From Octopus sinensis (taxonomy: Eukaryota), in the NCBI RefSeq assembly GCF_006345805.1, contig NC_043018.1, positions 16,554,001-16,618,000 of the forward strand: a stretch of DNA of 64,000 bases, read 5' to 3'. The translations under genes and the position numbers were made by a program. Below, in pieces: positions 50,255 through 64,000 of this stretch. Position 1 is the stretch's first letter; every line of letters starts with the position of its first letter. The notes under the pieces are model-generated. The model was not told the DNA's origin and did not search any database. It was given only the letters and a program-made list of their open reading frames with translations.

Positions 50255-50638
50255 GTGGAGGCGCAATGGCCCAGTGGTTAGGGCAGCGGACTCGCGGTCA
50301 TAGGATCGCAGTTTCGATTCCAGACCGGGCGTTGTGAGTCTTTATTGAGCGAAAACACCTAAAGCTCCACGAGACTCCGGCAGGGGATGGTGGTGATCCC
50401 TGCTGTATTCTTTCACCACAACTTTCTCTCACTCTTACTTCCTGTTTCTGTTGTACCTGTATTTCAAGGGGCCGGCCTCGTCACTCTCTGTGTCACGCTG
50501 AATATCCCCGAGAACTACGTTAAGGGTACACGTGTCTGTGGAGTGCTCAGCCACTTACACGTTAATTTCACGAGCAGGCTGTTCCGTTGATTCGGATCAA
50601 CCGGAACCCTCGTCGTCGTAACCGACGGAGTGCTTCCA
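50255..50638 (+). mobile_element. SINE family 2, full length
   Basis: Near-identical to 43341-43727. Confidence 0.85.
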
Positions 50639-50915
50639 TATATTTTAAAGTCCAACATGTTAAATGACTTGATGTCGCAGAATGTTAACGGAGTACAGCA
50701 ACAGTAATGGCGATGGCGAGAACGAGACATGGCGTCCGTATGGACATCAACAACTAGTTAGACTGAAAAAGGAAACAGGGATTTAGCATTATTTAGGACC
50801 GCTTGCGGCACCATGGCATTGGCACGTTTGACTTTCGGTTACAATGTTACAATACATTCACATGCTAATCTCTCTCACCCCCTCTCTCTCTCCCTCTCTC
50901 TTCTTTCCCGTATTA

Positions 50916-51313
50916 TCTTTATATATAAAAGAGAGGTTGTGCGTCTGTCTCCTACGATTTAGATTCCTAACTACTCCCAGATTTTGCGGTGCAGTTTAAC
51001 CAAAACCGGGTATCTTATAGTCGTGATTCATATCGAGCCCTTCTGGGTATTCGCGCGCGTCTACGCTGAGTCTACGATTTTAAAAAAAATTACCATCATT
51101 TTTTTTCCATTTTAATACATTTTTTCGCTATTATATAAGGGAAGTAACTCTCTAAAAATGTCTACGATGAGTCAACGATTTTAAAAAAAATTACCATAAT
51201 TTCTTTTCCATTTTTGATGCATTTTTTTTGCTATTTTTTGGCTATAACTCTCTAAAAATGCTTATATAGTTATTTCCCTTGCAAACCCGAGCAACGCCGG
51301 GCGATACTGCTAG
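50916..51313 (+). mobile_element. Non-autonomous Helitron-like element (sister of 47975-48370)
   Basis: Same termini and hairpin; internal duplication of tctacgatgagtc.acgattttaaaaaaaattacca. Confidence 0.75.
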
Positions 51314-52111
51314 TTCTTAATATTTGTACATTGTGCTACTGACTGCACCGGAGATGGCAAAGTTAACATTGATCAGAATGTGACAGATGCTCATGTGGTC
51401 GTCAAAATATCCCCGCCAAAATATCAACAACAACATTACTGGATAAAACCTAACAGTTATCTCTAGCTATGGTGTTGGCGGTGGTTGTGGTTGTGGTGGT
51501 GGTGGTGGTGGTGGTGGTGGTGGTGGTGGTGGTACTGCCATTATTTTTTTTTACATTCTTAATTCAACTGTCTTTTTATTCAATGTTATCTTTCATTTTA
51601 TATATTGAGGTCGTTTCAATCGATTATAACCCTGCCATTGAATGGCTGTTCCTCTGGTGACCTAACAAATCGATATTACGGCCTATCCCCGTTCTGAGTC
51701 CAACTACGACATTGTTATTATTTCAAAACAGAAATCCCAGCAGATGTGCGACTCCCATGTCAGGTTGCTGGTCTCAAAGACTCTCTTCTCCCACTTCTTT
51801 TCTTTAATATTAAAGGGAAGAAAATTGTGTTTCAATTCATTCTGGTATCAGATCATATGGTGTCTTTATCTTCGTGTGGCAAAACCCCCTCCAATAAATT
51901 ATCTAATCCCGCCCTGCAAAACTTTTTGGATAACCTTGCATTTAGTATGAGTCTGTTTGTTACTCCAGCAGAAATGGAGGGAAAATTTCGAATATCTCCT
52001 GCTCGTGGACACGCAATCATACAAGACTGAACTGATAACAGTTTTCTTAATGGTCGTGGTTTTGACATTGTCCCAACTAAAAATATACATACATACATAC
52101 ATACTCACACA

Positions 52112-52162
<51 letters not shown>

Positions 52163-52169
52163 TAATGAA

Positions 52170-52402
52170 AGGCGACGAGCTGGCAGAAACGTTAGCACAC
52201 CGGGTGAAATGCTTAGCGGTATTGCATCTGTCGTTGCGTTCTGAGTTCAAATTCCGCGGAGGTCGACTTTGCTTTTCCTTTCCTTTCGGGTCGATTAAAT
52301 TAAGTACCAGTTACGCACTGGGGTCTATGTAATCGACTTAATCCGTTTGTCTGTCCTTGTTTGTCCCCTCTATGTTTAGCCCCTTGTGGGCAATAAAGAA
52401 AC
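52170..52402 (+). mobile_element. SINE family 3, full length (head ggcgacgagctggcagaaacgttagc)
   Basis: A-box-like tggcagaaacg, B-box GAGTTCAAATTCC. Confidence 0.8.
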
Positions 52403-52914
52403 AGATATAATGAAATTATAACAGGGTAAATGTTAGATGAGAGAAGAAACTATTTAAAACAAAATTCTCCGCTGAAAATATTTTTTCCATAAATGCTGAA
52501 AACCCACAGTACTAGAGAGTATCATGTCACATAGCTGATATTAAGGCCTGCTAGTCCTAATTAAACCAAAAACCTTCCAGCTGGGATCATCTCGTCTTTT
52601 GGTGGACAATTCTTTTCAGCCATAAACGAAAACTAGTCAGAAGTTAGAGCGACGCTATCACTGCAGGATGAAGAACCAAATTTTACAAGAGCCAATACCT
52701 TGCTGTCTGCACACCGTTTGCTGACAATTCGCTGTTTAGAGCCGTACACATTACAGAAGCGTTTTCAGAATTTACAATCAACTGTCATAGACTGTCATCA
52801 GGTATCTGTTTAGATGCAGACTTGGAAATATCAAGAGGATATAGGAATTAAAGGGAACCAAAATCGATTCGATTCTAGTAACGAATCGACTGTTCACGAA
52901 ATGCAAGATATATA

Positions 52915-53340
52915 CTCTTTTACTCTTTTACTCGTTTCAGTCATTTGACTGCGGCCATGCTGGAGCACCGCCTTTAGTCGAGCAAATCAACCCCGGGGAC
53001 TTATTCTTTGTAAGCCCAGTACTTATTCTATCGGTATCTTTTGCCGAACCGCTAAGTTACGGGGACGTAAACACACCAGCATCGGTTGTCAAGCAATGCT
53101 AGAGGGATAACACAGACACACAAACATATACACCACATACATATATATATTATATATTATAATATAATACCTATATACGACAGGCTTCTTTTAGTTTCCT
53201 CTACCAAATCCACTCACAAACAAGCTTTGGTCGGCACGAGGCTATAGCAGAAGACACTTGCCCAAGATCCCGCAGTGGGACTGAACCCGGAACCATGTGG
53301 TTGGTTGGCAAGCTACTTACCACACAGCCACTCCTGCGCC
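52915..53340 (-). mobile_element. SINE family 1
   Basis: Reverse complement of family consensus. Confidence 0.85.
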
Positions 53341-53665
53341 TATATTAAATAAATAAAAACAATTAACATGTTTAGGACTACAATGTCCGACATGTCCTTC
53401 CATCTTAAAACATTGGTGTGGGATTTGAGAAAAACAGTGACTACTTTTAGGCTGTCAAACAATCATCTAGAGACTTCCTCGCTAGGGAAGCACTAAAGAC
53501 TTGTAAAGAGGTTCAATCTCATTTTCATTTCTTTCCTAGTTCAACAGAGACACGTCCTCGTAAATATATTTACATTAATTCCCGTATTTATGCATCTATG
53601 AATCAATGTATATATGTATGTGAGTGCATATACAAAGGTATATGTATGCATGTATGTATAAATAC

Positions 53666-53696
<31 letters not shown>

Positions 53697-53702
<6 letters not shown>

Positions 53703-54008
53703 CCAGTGGTTAGGGCAGCGGACTCGCGGTTGTAGAATCACGGTTTCGATTCCCAGACCGGGCGTTGTGAGTGTTTATTTGAGCGAAACATCTAAATCTC
53801 CCACGAGGCTCCGGCAGGGGATGGTGGCATCCCTGCTGTACTCTTCTCGCCCACAAACTTTCTCTCACTCTTTCTCTGTTTGTCTCTCTTCTCTTGTCGG
53901 CTTAGCCACGCGGTGGCATCATTTGAAGGCTAAAACAATGTGAAGCGCATTGTGACCAGCTACGTGTAGCAACATCTGATAGCCTGGTCGGTCACGGTGA
54001 TCACGGTG
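53697..54008 (+). mobile_element. SINE family 2 head with a different 3' body
   Basis: Family-2 head to ~53880, then an unrelated tail ending ggtcacggtgatcacggtgat. Confidence 0.65.
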
Positions 54009-54015
54009 ATATATA

Positions 54016-54056
<41 letters not shown>

Positions 54057-54409
54057 ACACACATGGAAGCGCACATGCAGCCACAGACATATACATAAAT
54101 CTATATACGTTTATGCAGACACATACACACAAATGCATACACTCATGCATATCTATATGCACGTGCGTATGCAAATATTGCACTGAGATATCAACTCAGA
54201 TAAGTTCACCGTGTCATTGTAAGAGAAATGTAAAAGTGCTTCTTCCCAAATATTGCCGCCATTAGAACATATCGAAGTAGATACCTCGGTGTTAATGGCC
54301 ATTAATCCTTCTCCTTTTATCTAATGGTAATTATAATTAATTGCCTGTAAAATGTGTTTACATACATACGTATACATATAAATATGTATATATATATATA
54401 TATATATAT

Positions 54410-56528
54410 TATATAAAAGGGCTTAGTAAAATAAATTACTTTGCCGCATACTGAACTCGTTAGAAATAGCAGCTAAAAAACTATTTCTAACACTTAAAGA
54501 AAACCTCTCTCATATAGTGCTTGCTCAATTCAACCCAAGAAAGTATGAGGGTAGAGACATTAAAATCAAATGCAAAGGTTTTTGAGTACGTACGTTTCAA
54601 GATTAGCCAAGTTCGACCCTTCTCTCATCAGCTCAGAATGCCCTTGTTTGAGTTTGAAAACACTGAAAATGGGGCATACCCTTTCGGCTGTTTCGCTTCT
54701 TGAAGATCTGTTCCCAACTAACATGCTAGCTAACTCAATATGCAAGAGAAAAATTTCTGTTCTCCCCTTTCCACCAGCGTGGGTTAAAATCAGCAAACAC
54801 TATCCTTTTTTTCGGTAAAATCCAAGACAATTAGTAGAGAGAGATGAATTAATAATTTCAACAATTGAGGGTAAAATTAATTATTAATTAATCAATTTCA
54901 CCAAGTATTCAGTATGCAAGGGACCATTTAAGGCAAATTCAAATTATTACATTATATAAAGGGTTATAAAATAAATTACTTTGCCGCATCTGAACTCGTT
55001 AAATATCAGCTAAAAAACTATTTCTAACACTTAAAGAAAACCTCTCTCATATAGTGCTTGCTCATTCAACCCAAGAAGTATGAGGGTAGAGACATTAAAA
55101 AATCAAATGCAAAGGTTATTTGAGTACGTACGTTCAAGATTAGCCAAGTTCGACCCTTCTCTCATCATCGCTCAGAATGCCCTTGTTTGAGTTTGAAAAC
55201 ACTGACAATGGGAGCATACCCTTTCGGCTTGTTATCGCTTCTGAAGATCTGTTCCCAACTAACAGTGCTAGCTAACTCAAATATGCAAGAGAAAAATTTC
55301 TGTCTCCCCCCTTTCCACCAGCGTGGGTTAAAATCAGCAAACACTATCCTTTTTTTCGGTAAAATCCAAGACAATTAAGTAGAGAGAGATGAATTATAAT
55401 TTCACAACAATTGAGGGTAAAATTAATTAATTATTATCAATTTCACCAAGTATTCAGTATGCAAAGGGACCATTTAAGGCAAATTCAATTATTACATTAT
55501 ATAAAAGGGCTTAGTAAAATAAATTACTTTGCCGCATACTGAACTCGTTAGAATAGCAGCTAAAAACTATTTCTACACAGATCTTCAGAAGCGATAACAA
55601 GCCGAAAGGGTATGCTCCCATTTTCAGTGTTTTCAAACTCAACAAGGCATCTGAGCTGATGAGAGAAGGGTCGAACTTGGCTAATCTTGAAACGTACGTA
55701 CTCAAATAACCTTTGCATTTGATTTTTTAATGTCTCTACTACCCTCATACTTTCTGGGTTGAATTGGCAAGCACTATATGAGAGAGGTTTTCTTTAAGTG
55801 TTAGAAATAGTTTTTTAGCTGCTATTTCTAACGAGTTCAGTATGCGGCAAAGTAATTTATTTTACTAAGCCCTTTTATATAATGTAATAATTTGAATTTG
55901 CCTTAATGGCCCTTTGCATACTGAATACTTGGTGAAATTGATTAATTAATTAATTAATTTTTTACCTCAATTGTTGAAATTATAATTCATCTCTCTCTAC
56001 TTAATTGTCTTGGATTTTACCGAAAAAAAGGATAGTGTTTGCTGATTTTAACCCACGCTGTGGAAAGGGAGAACAGAAATTTTTCTCTTGCATATTTGAG
56101 TTAGCTAGCACTGTTAGTTGGGAACAGATCTTCAGAAGCGATAACAAGCCGAAAGGTTATGCTCCCATTTTCAGTGTTTTCAAACTCAAACAAGGGCATT
56201 CGAGCTGATGAGAGAAGGGTCGAACTTGGCTAATCTTGAAACGTACGTACTCAAATAACCTTTGCATTTGATTTTTTAATGTCTCTACCCTCATACTTTC
56301 TGGGTTGAATTGAGCAAGCACTATATGAGAGAGGTTTTCTTAAAGTGTTAAAATAGTTTTTTAGCTGCTATTTCTAACGAGTTCAGTATGCGGCAGTAAT
56401 TTATTTTACTAGAAGCCCTTTTATATAATGTATTAATTTGAATTTGCCTTAAGGGTCCCTTTGCATACTGACTACTTGGTGAAATTGATTAATTAATTAA
56501 GTAATTTTACCCTCAATTGTTGAAATTA
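54410..56528. repeat. Fold-back tandem array of a ~545 bp unit (about 2.1 units +, then about 1.7 units -)
   Basis: Units start ~54410, 54953, 55498; inversion junction ~55578; inverted units end ~55880 and ~56426; flanked by (TA)n. Confidence 0.9.
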
Positions 56529-56699
56529 TATATATATAATATATATATATATATATTATATATATATATATATATACAAATATACATATATACATATATA
56601 CATAGTATATGCATATACATATATATATTTACTACATTTATATTTAATATATACTATATATATGTATATATACATTTATATATATATAGTAGATATATT

Positions 56700-56739
<40 letters not shown>

Positions 56740-58687
56740 CTATATATATATATATGCACACCACTACATGCAACGTACACCACGCTCATTTCTTTAATTA
56801 TTCAAAATTCGTCAGCGGCTAAACTGAAGATGTCAAAGTACGTAAAAGACGCGACCGATTTTCAGATAATATTCATGCTTTCTCTTCTCTCAAACTACTT
56901 CTGAGACGATGAGAGAAGCAAATTCATGCAAATTCTTGCGGATGTCGCTCTGTGATTGCGAAACGATATTCTTTTGCACGAAACCATGGTTTCCCTTTGT
57001 AACAGTAAATAGACTCCCGATCGAACTCTAAATGCCTCTGCATCTAACTCTGAATGTCCTGTGTGCTTCTAGATGTCTCCTTTTCTTGCAGTTAATGTCA
57101 CCATGTGTAGCGATAATCTTCTAAAAATATTTACAGAAGAAGACAGTTATGTCCACACAATTTATTAAACTAAATGAGTAAATTTTAATTATTCATTTCC
57201 AACAAAGTAAACAAGTGCAGGGTTTTAAATATGTAGACGAGAGATTAAAAGATAATGAAATTAACGATAATTGAATGTTTTTAATATCAAAATTTGTTTA
57301 TCAGTTTAGAAACATCTGTGTGAGTCGTTGATGCTGTTCAACCCCAAGTTAGACATGACTGGATGAACCACACCAGGGAATTATGATCATTCGCTATGAT
57401 GACTGGTGTAGTCGTAGTGCTTTGTTTCTTTTACCAGGTTATATAATTCAAAGTAGCCATCACATTTAATAAGCAAAAATCTGATTTCAAAGATCTTTTG
57501 CTGTTATATCTAGCAAAACGAACGTTGATGCAGAGGGCTCTGTGTTGGACAGTTCTATATTTGTCTTTTGAGAATAGGAAGTTTTTTAGTGGGGTGAGGG
57601 ACGTGTATGTGTAAGCGTGTGTGTTTGAGTGTGTGTTTTTGAGAGTCTGTCACCGAGTAACATACTCGTTCATTATGTATGAGGTTAGCCAAAACTCTGT
57701 TTAAAAATAAGGCCTCTGGGAGGACATCAGTGACATACACTCCTGAAATACGCCTAACGTTTCCATTCCTAATTAAATTTTAAAACTATACTTCCTAATC
57801 ATCTAAATGATCTGTACTGTTTTAGGTCAAAATACTGAAAGCGTAATGGGAGCATGGGAATTTAAACAAACATCTTAAAAAAAAATACTTGTTCTATTTT
57901 CATACGAAATTACATTTATGATTATAAATACATACTTTGGAAAACTTTCTATATATAAGTTTAGAAAACTTAAATCGTAAATTATTCATATATGTCTGTA
58001 TGTATGTATATTAGGGTGAAACGAAATAGGTACTTTTTACACAGATTTTCAAAATATGATTTTAAGAATATATTTTTTGATGTAAAATCATTTAGAAGCA
58101 ACTCTGTTAAAATCTGAAATTTTTAAATTAACATTGTCAGGCTCCGCAGCTCACCTGAAATTTTGAATAATAAGTGAAAAATCAATTTATAACACATTTG
58201 CCGTTCCTCGTTTAGTTTTTACATTCATTGTTAGAAATTAGTTTTCCTTTGTGAAATCCTTTAACACCAAGAGTGTTAAAAGCACTAAAATTTATATCTT
58301 CAGACACCTCAGCGCAATTGAAATTTCGAAATTATGTGAAATAAAATAGACTTTTCTACTTTGTTTTTCTTTATCATTTTTAATACTAGCTCACCGAATA
58401 TAGGTGTTACATGAGATCTAGATTAAACACACTTTAAATTAAAATTACGTGTGAACCAACTTTTGATTCCTGACACATTTTGGTAATAAAAATAATTAAC
58501 ATTACCAATTTACAGTTCTACATTTAAGAGATGTAGAATTATGTACTTTATTTACATTTGACGGATATTTTGTCCTCATCTTTTTTGTTGCTAAGAACAA
58601 CGATTCGGCTGATGTACTCTCCAGCCTTCACCAAGTGTCTTGGTGGAAATTTCGAACCTGAGTTCTCATTACTAAGATATTTTTTAA

Positions 58688-58750
<63 letters not shown>

Positions 58751-58757
58751 CATTATC

Positions 58758-58789
<32 letters not shown>

Positions 58790-58805
58790 ATATTATTATT
58801 TATTA

Positions 58806-58836
<31 letters not shown>

Positions 58837-58900
58837 CATCATCATCATTATCATTATCATTATTATCATTATCATCATTATTATTATTATTATTATTATT

Positions 58901-59445
58901 GAGAGAGAGCAGTTCATGCCATCAATTGACACTGGGGTAAAATATACGAAGCCCAATATACCCATCATGACTAACTGTCTGATAAAGGTACACCAGGCAC
59001 ATGCATCACAACCATATGTGCGCGACATGGTGATCTCATATCAAGATAAACAGCACATGACCTTGCAGGAGATGCCAGTTAGAATTTTCTTCAGGTTGAT
59101 AACCCATCCCGCTCACAACGGTCCCTGAATAAGGGTTGTTTAAGGATGTTGAAAGAACCACCCATGTTTCCAGAGGTGAACTATTCAAACCCCAAAGAAT
59201 CCCTCTCACACATGGCTATGTCTCCCCACTACTTCTGCTCGTGATCAGAGATGCACATATCGTCAGCCACTAAGGGACATGCTCAACTGGTTAAGGTCAA
59301 ACAACTGACAAGCAAATCTGTGGTATTGAGCAGAATATTTGCTGTAGCCCATCTTTTATACCAAGACAAAACAATGTACATGATAACACTTCCAATCAGT
59401 TAAGATCAGAAGCCATGAGAGCCACTGCCTGGTACTGCATCATTA
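58901..59445 (-). mobile_element. SINE-like element inserted in (ATT/ATC)n arrays
   Basis: Unique 545 bp between trinucleotide arrays; partial copy at 1-185. Confidence 0.55.
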
Positions 59446-59487
59446 TTATTATTATCATTATTATCATTATCATTATTATCATTATCA

Positions 59488-59527
<40 letters not shown>

Positions 59528-59539
59528 CATTATCATCAC

Positions 59540-59596
<57 letters not shown>

Positions 59597-59628
59597 CATT
59601 ATCTTTATTATCATTATCATCATCATCA

Positions 59629-59668
<40 letters not shown>

Positions 59669-59772
59669 CATTATTATCATTATCATTATTATCATTATCA
59701 TCATCATCATCATTATTATTATTATTCTTATTACTATTATTATTATTATCATTATCATTATTATCATTATCA

Positions 59773-59848
<76 letters not shown>

Positions 59849-59960
59849 CATTATTATTATCATCATTATCATTATTATTATTATATTATTATTATTATTA
59901 TTATATTATTATTATTATCATCATCATCATTATCATTATCATTATTTTCATTATCATCAC

Positions 59961-60015
<55 letters not shown>
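59446..60015. repeat. (ATT/ATC)n array
   Basis: Direct reading; similar array at 58690-58900. Confidence 0.95.
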
Positions 60016-60996
60016 TAAATCACTGAATAATATATAATGTAAATAATTTCCAATTTATTAGAAATAATTTCATGTAACGAAACAATACGAATCGTTGTAG
60101 TGCATTCCTTTTCGCTCCAGTTTATTATGGCCAGTAAAATAACTGGAAATATAATATTATAGCCGGTCAGAAAGACGTTTCCTTGCCTACATAGCCTTTC
60201 CCCCTAAAGTTATGTTAATTTTGGAAAATTTTAAATTCTTGTGACCATTTCTTTTTCATTTGTTTGGAGTCGGTGCCAATTGTCACCAAGCGCTTCGTTT
60301 TCTTTCTCTGGAGTCTATAATTTCTATAAATTAAAAATTTCTCCCCTTGCCCGCCACATATAAGCACACACACACACACACACACACTTATATATTTATG
60401 TAATACACACTAACACTTATTCATTCATATACGCGAATGATGTGATTGATACGAATAGGGTATATATACCTGATGTTGGACACGTACATAAATGTGTGCG
60501 AGTGCATATGTATATGTGTTAGCGTATGTGTGTGCGCGCGTGCGTGTAAGTGTACATATTCCCGAATACCTATGTGAAGGGGAGGAGGGAGGAAAAGCAG
60601 AAGGGGACAAGAAAAGCAAACGTTATGCCGTGGGTTAGAGAGTTTCTCATTGTGCGTTATGTAAGTCAGTTTCTGTTTAACAAGTCGTAACCTTGTAAAA
60701 TATGTATAACGGAAAAAAAACGAAACGCAGCTGTTGCATAAAGTTTGAGCAACAAAAAGTTTTTAACAAAATGAAAACATAAGTTTCCCTTTCACTCAAT
60801 TGATATGCGTTTATTGATTTTGTAGCGCAGACTATATATATATCTATATATATATATTATATATATAATATATATATATATTATATATAGAGAGAGAGCG
60901 GAGAGAGATAGGTAGATAGGTAGATAGATAGGAGATAGATAGATAGATATAGATATAGATAATTATTATATACGTATACTATATATATAATATATA

Positions 60997-61036
<40 letters not shown>

Positions 61037-61241
61037 CTTATATATATATATATATATATATATAGGCGATTTTTTCATCCGTCTTCCCTTCTTTGGATCT
61101 TTCCTTCTCCTATGTTTCCGACGAAGAGCTCCGCTCGAAACGTTAAACCCTCCGTCTTTCTTTCTTTCCTGAGCGTTCAATAATACTATACTTGTTCCAC
61201 GTCCTCGCGTTGTTGTGTTTTCTCTTTGTTCATGTTTGAAT

Positions 61242-61285
<44 letters not shown>

Positions 61286-62594
61286 AAAGATATGTTCGAA
61301 CCGTTTGGTTTATCATTATTCTTACTTTTATACTAACACTTGACTTGTGTAACAGCTCTTGAGAATAGCAGATTCGATTCGGTTCGATTTAATTGAATTG
61401 ATTTTGAATGTATTATAGGTGAACCAAAACATTTCAGTGAAATGTTTCATTGTTTTCTGAGCAAACGCGGCCCTAACCTTTCTTCACGAGTTTCTGAAAA
61501 AGTAAACTACATGTTGTTCACAGCCATTGATTGGCTCACACACCGATTAAACACACACAGAATAACGTATAAAAGTACTTTTATGGATTTTCTTCTACCT
61601 TTTGGCCGTTTCGTATTGTTTTTTGCTTTTTTTTTTTTGCAAGATATAGAATCAATATTTAATACTCATTGAAATATGTACACAACTGTTACCGCAGTTT
61701 TAATGCTAAGCTATATATTCACTCACACATATACACAGATATATACATATATGGATGGTATTCAATGAACAATAAGAGCCGGAACGTGCGTATGAGCGTA
61801 AACAAATACACAGACGTGTACATATATATATATTATATATAATAAAGTATATAAACTATATATTATATATATATGTGGTGTGTGTGTGTGTATGTGTGTG
61901 TGTGTGTGTTGTATATATATATATATTTATATTATATATATAACATATATAATATATATATTATATATATATATATTATATATATATATATCCATAAATA
62001 TAGGTAAGTATGTATGTATGTATAAGCGCACATATACATTTATATACACTACAACACACATTTCCTCTCGTATTAAAAGCAAAAGTACATAAAAAGAAAG
62101 AGGGAAGGAAAGAAAGATGGCGACTACTAATCAAAGAAAATTTTAAAGAGAGAGACAAAGATATGACTAGAAACTCTTAGTTTAGTGAGAGAGAGGAGAG
62201 AGTTGAGGGGGAAAAGAAGAAGAAAGAGAGAGGGTGAAAGAGAAAGGGGTGAAAGAGACAGAGAGAGAGATAAGACTCGAAACTGTTGGTTGCTATGTGT
62301 TACAAGGGATTATCAAGTGACATTTTTATAATTTAATGGCGGCAATGACGGGATATAGAGATAAGAAAGTTTACCCTTGCTTTTACAATTCAGATATCTG
62401 AATTGAAAAGATTATACTATTTATTTGCTCGTTCGCTGAATTTATTTTATTGAAAAAGATAAAATACACACACGCATACACGCATCTCCACACACGAATC
62501 CGCATACACAAATGCATATACATAGATAAACACATTTATATAAGCATGTAATCAGTCTAGTTTCGTAATTGTCTTTTCACTACGAAGGTGTATA

Positions 62595-63191
62595 GTTATA
62601 GACACACACACGCACACACAAAACACACACACACACGCAAACACACACACATATACACGCACACACGCGCACACACGCACACACAAAACACACATACACA
62701 CACACGCACACACACACATACACACGCACACACACTAAACACACACAGACTAAACACACGCACACACAAAACACACACACACACAAACAGAAAACACACT
62801 CACACACAAGCACACACATACATACACACGCACACACAAAACACACACACACAAACGCACACACAACACACCACGCACACAACCTAAACACACACACACA
62901 AACACAACACAACACACAAAGACACAACACACACCAAACCACACACACACACAAAATCACACATACAACACACAACACACACCAAAGCACACACCACACA
63001 CACAACACACACACATACACACACACACACAACCACACAAAACACACACACACACACACACACACACCTCACTCACACACACACACACACAACCGCGCAG
63101 AGGAGTCTGAAGTGTTTTTCACTGCTTCAAAACAAAATTCTCTGCATAAAATAAAACAGTGGACCCACAATGTGTTTGCAATACCAATACT

Positions 63192-63231
<40 letters not shown>

Positions 63232-63434
63232 AGTGTGTGTGTGTTTGAGTGTGGTGTGTGTGTGTGTGTTTGAGTGTGTGCGTGCGTGTGTGTGTGTGTT
63301 TGAGTGTGTGTGTGTGTATGTGTGTGTGTGTGGTTGAGTGTGTGTGCGTGTTGTGTGTGTGTGTGTGTGTGTGTTTTTGATTGTGTGCGTGCGTGTGTGT
63401 GTGGTGTGTTGTGTGTGTGTTTGAAGTGGTGTGC

Positions 63435-63469
<35 letters not shown>

Positions 63470-63491
63470 AGTGTGTGCGGTGGCGTGTGTG

Positions 63492-63525
<34 letters not shown>
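62595..63525. repeat. (CA)-rich tract followed by (GT)-rich tract
   Basis: 62595-63095 CA-rich, ~100 bp spacer, 63193-63525 GT-rich. Confidence 0.9.
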
Positions 63526-64000
63526 CAAAAGACCCGTTAATTAATAAAGCTGTGCTGTTTGAAGACGAATGGAAGTACCATAGAAACCAACGACAAAATG
63601 GCTTCATTGCAAATACTCGTTTGATGCAATTGCTGTACTCTTGGTTGCTAGAGTCACTCCATTTGGCACAATTACTTGCTGCTTTGGTTAATACCATTGA
63701 AATACTTTGAAAACATCGTGTCGAAAATTTTATCCTTACAGGTGAAAGAACACATTTGTTCGTAGGCGATATTCCAAGGACACAGACAATTTCCATGTTT
63801 CTAAGTAGCTTGTCATTAAATCGACTGTCATTTAGAAAATTCCATTGGCCATAGGCTGGATTAGACAGAAGAATTTGCTAAGAATTTCAAGTGATATATG
63901 GATGAATTTAGCCAAAAGAAATGTTCGTATATGACAGTTGAACGCGGAGAAGCAGATTTCTAAACATTATACGTTAGCATCCGTTGTCTTTCATCCTCGC

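Noticed and set aside
51744-52098. Overlapping 68-99 aa ORFs in GC-richer sequence
   Set aside because: No recognisable motif and no consistent splice pairing
55655-55690. CTGATGA-GAGAAGGGTC-GAAC hammerhead-like motif in the 545 bp unit
   Set aside because: GAAA is replaced by GAAC and no stem III or NUH site follows
54410-56528. CRISPR-like or gene-coding interpretation of the tandem array
   Set aside because: Eukaryotic context, 545 bp units without spacers, and ORFs disrupted differently in each unit
63526-64000. Coding-looking sequence at the window end (EDEWKYHRNQRQNGF...)
   Set aside because: Stops in all frames and no identifiable family; possibly a decayed element running off the window

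Overview
Eukaryotic, AT-rich, microsatellite-saturated DNA. The SINE, Penelope and Helitron repertoire looks like an Octopus (coleoid cephalopod) genome; this is inferred from pattern recall, not a database search. Main result: an old inverted duplication of about 19 kb (arms ~8.9-17.1 kb and ~19.9-27.8 kb) carries two head-to-head three-exon genes, reconstructed by hand with GT-AG splice sites and consistent phases (1, then 2). They encode 108 and 114 aa secreted precursors: an 18-aa signal peptide, a furin-type R-X-K-R site, an 8-Cys knottin-like domain (C-x4-C-x8/10-CC-x4-C-x-C-x5/6-C-R-C, whose last six Cys are spaced like omega-agatoxin IVA) and a 30-aa tail resembling a GPI-anchor signal. 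The minus-strand gene also has a tandemly duplicated alternative mature-peptide exon with a 1-nt frameshift. Signal exon, intron and 3' UTR are near-identical between paralogs while pro and mature coding sequence is hypervariable, a toxin-like pattern. Also present: six exons of an LRRC74-like LRR gene (40.8-46.9 kb, interrupted by a 100-N gap), a full-length frameshifted DD34E Tc1 element with IR/DR ends, R4/Dong, CRE, RTE, CR1-like and Penelope retroelement remnants, non-autonomous Helitrons, a pogo/Tigger-like MITE, three tRNA-derived SINE families, a 6.5 kb noisy (GGT)n array and a 2.1 kb fold-back tandem array. Repeat boundaries are approximate; exon and TIR coordinates were counted by hand.
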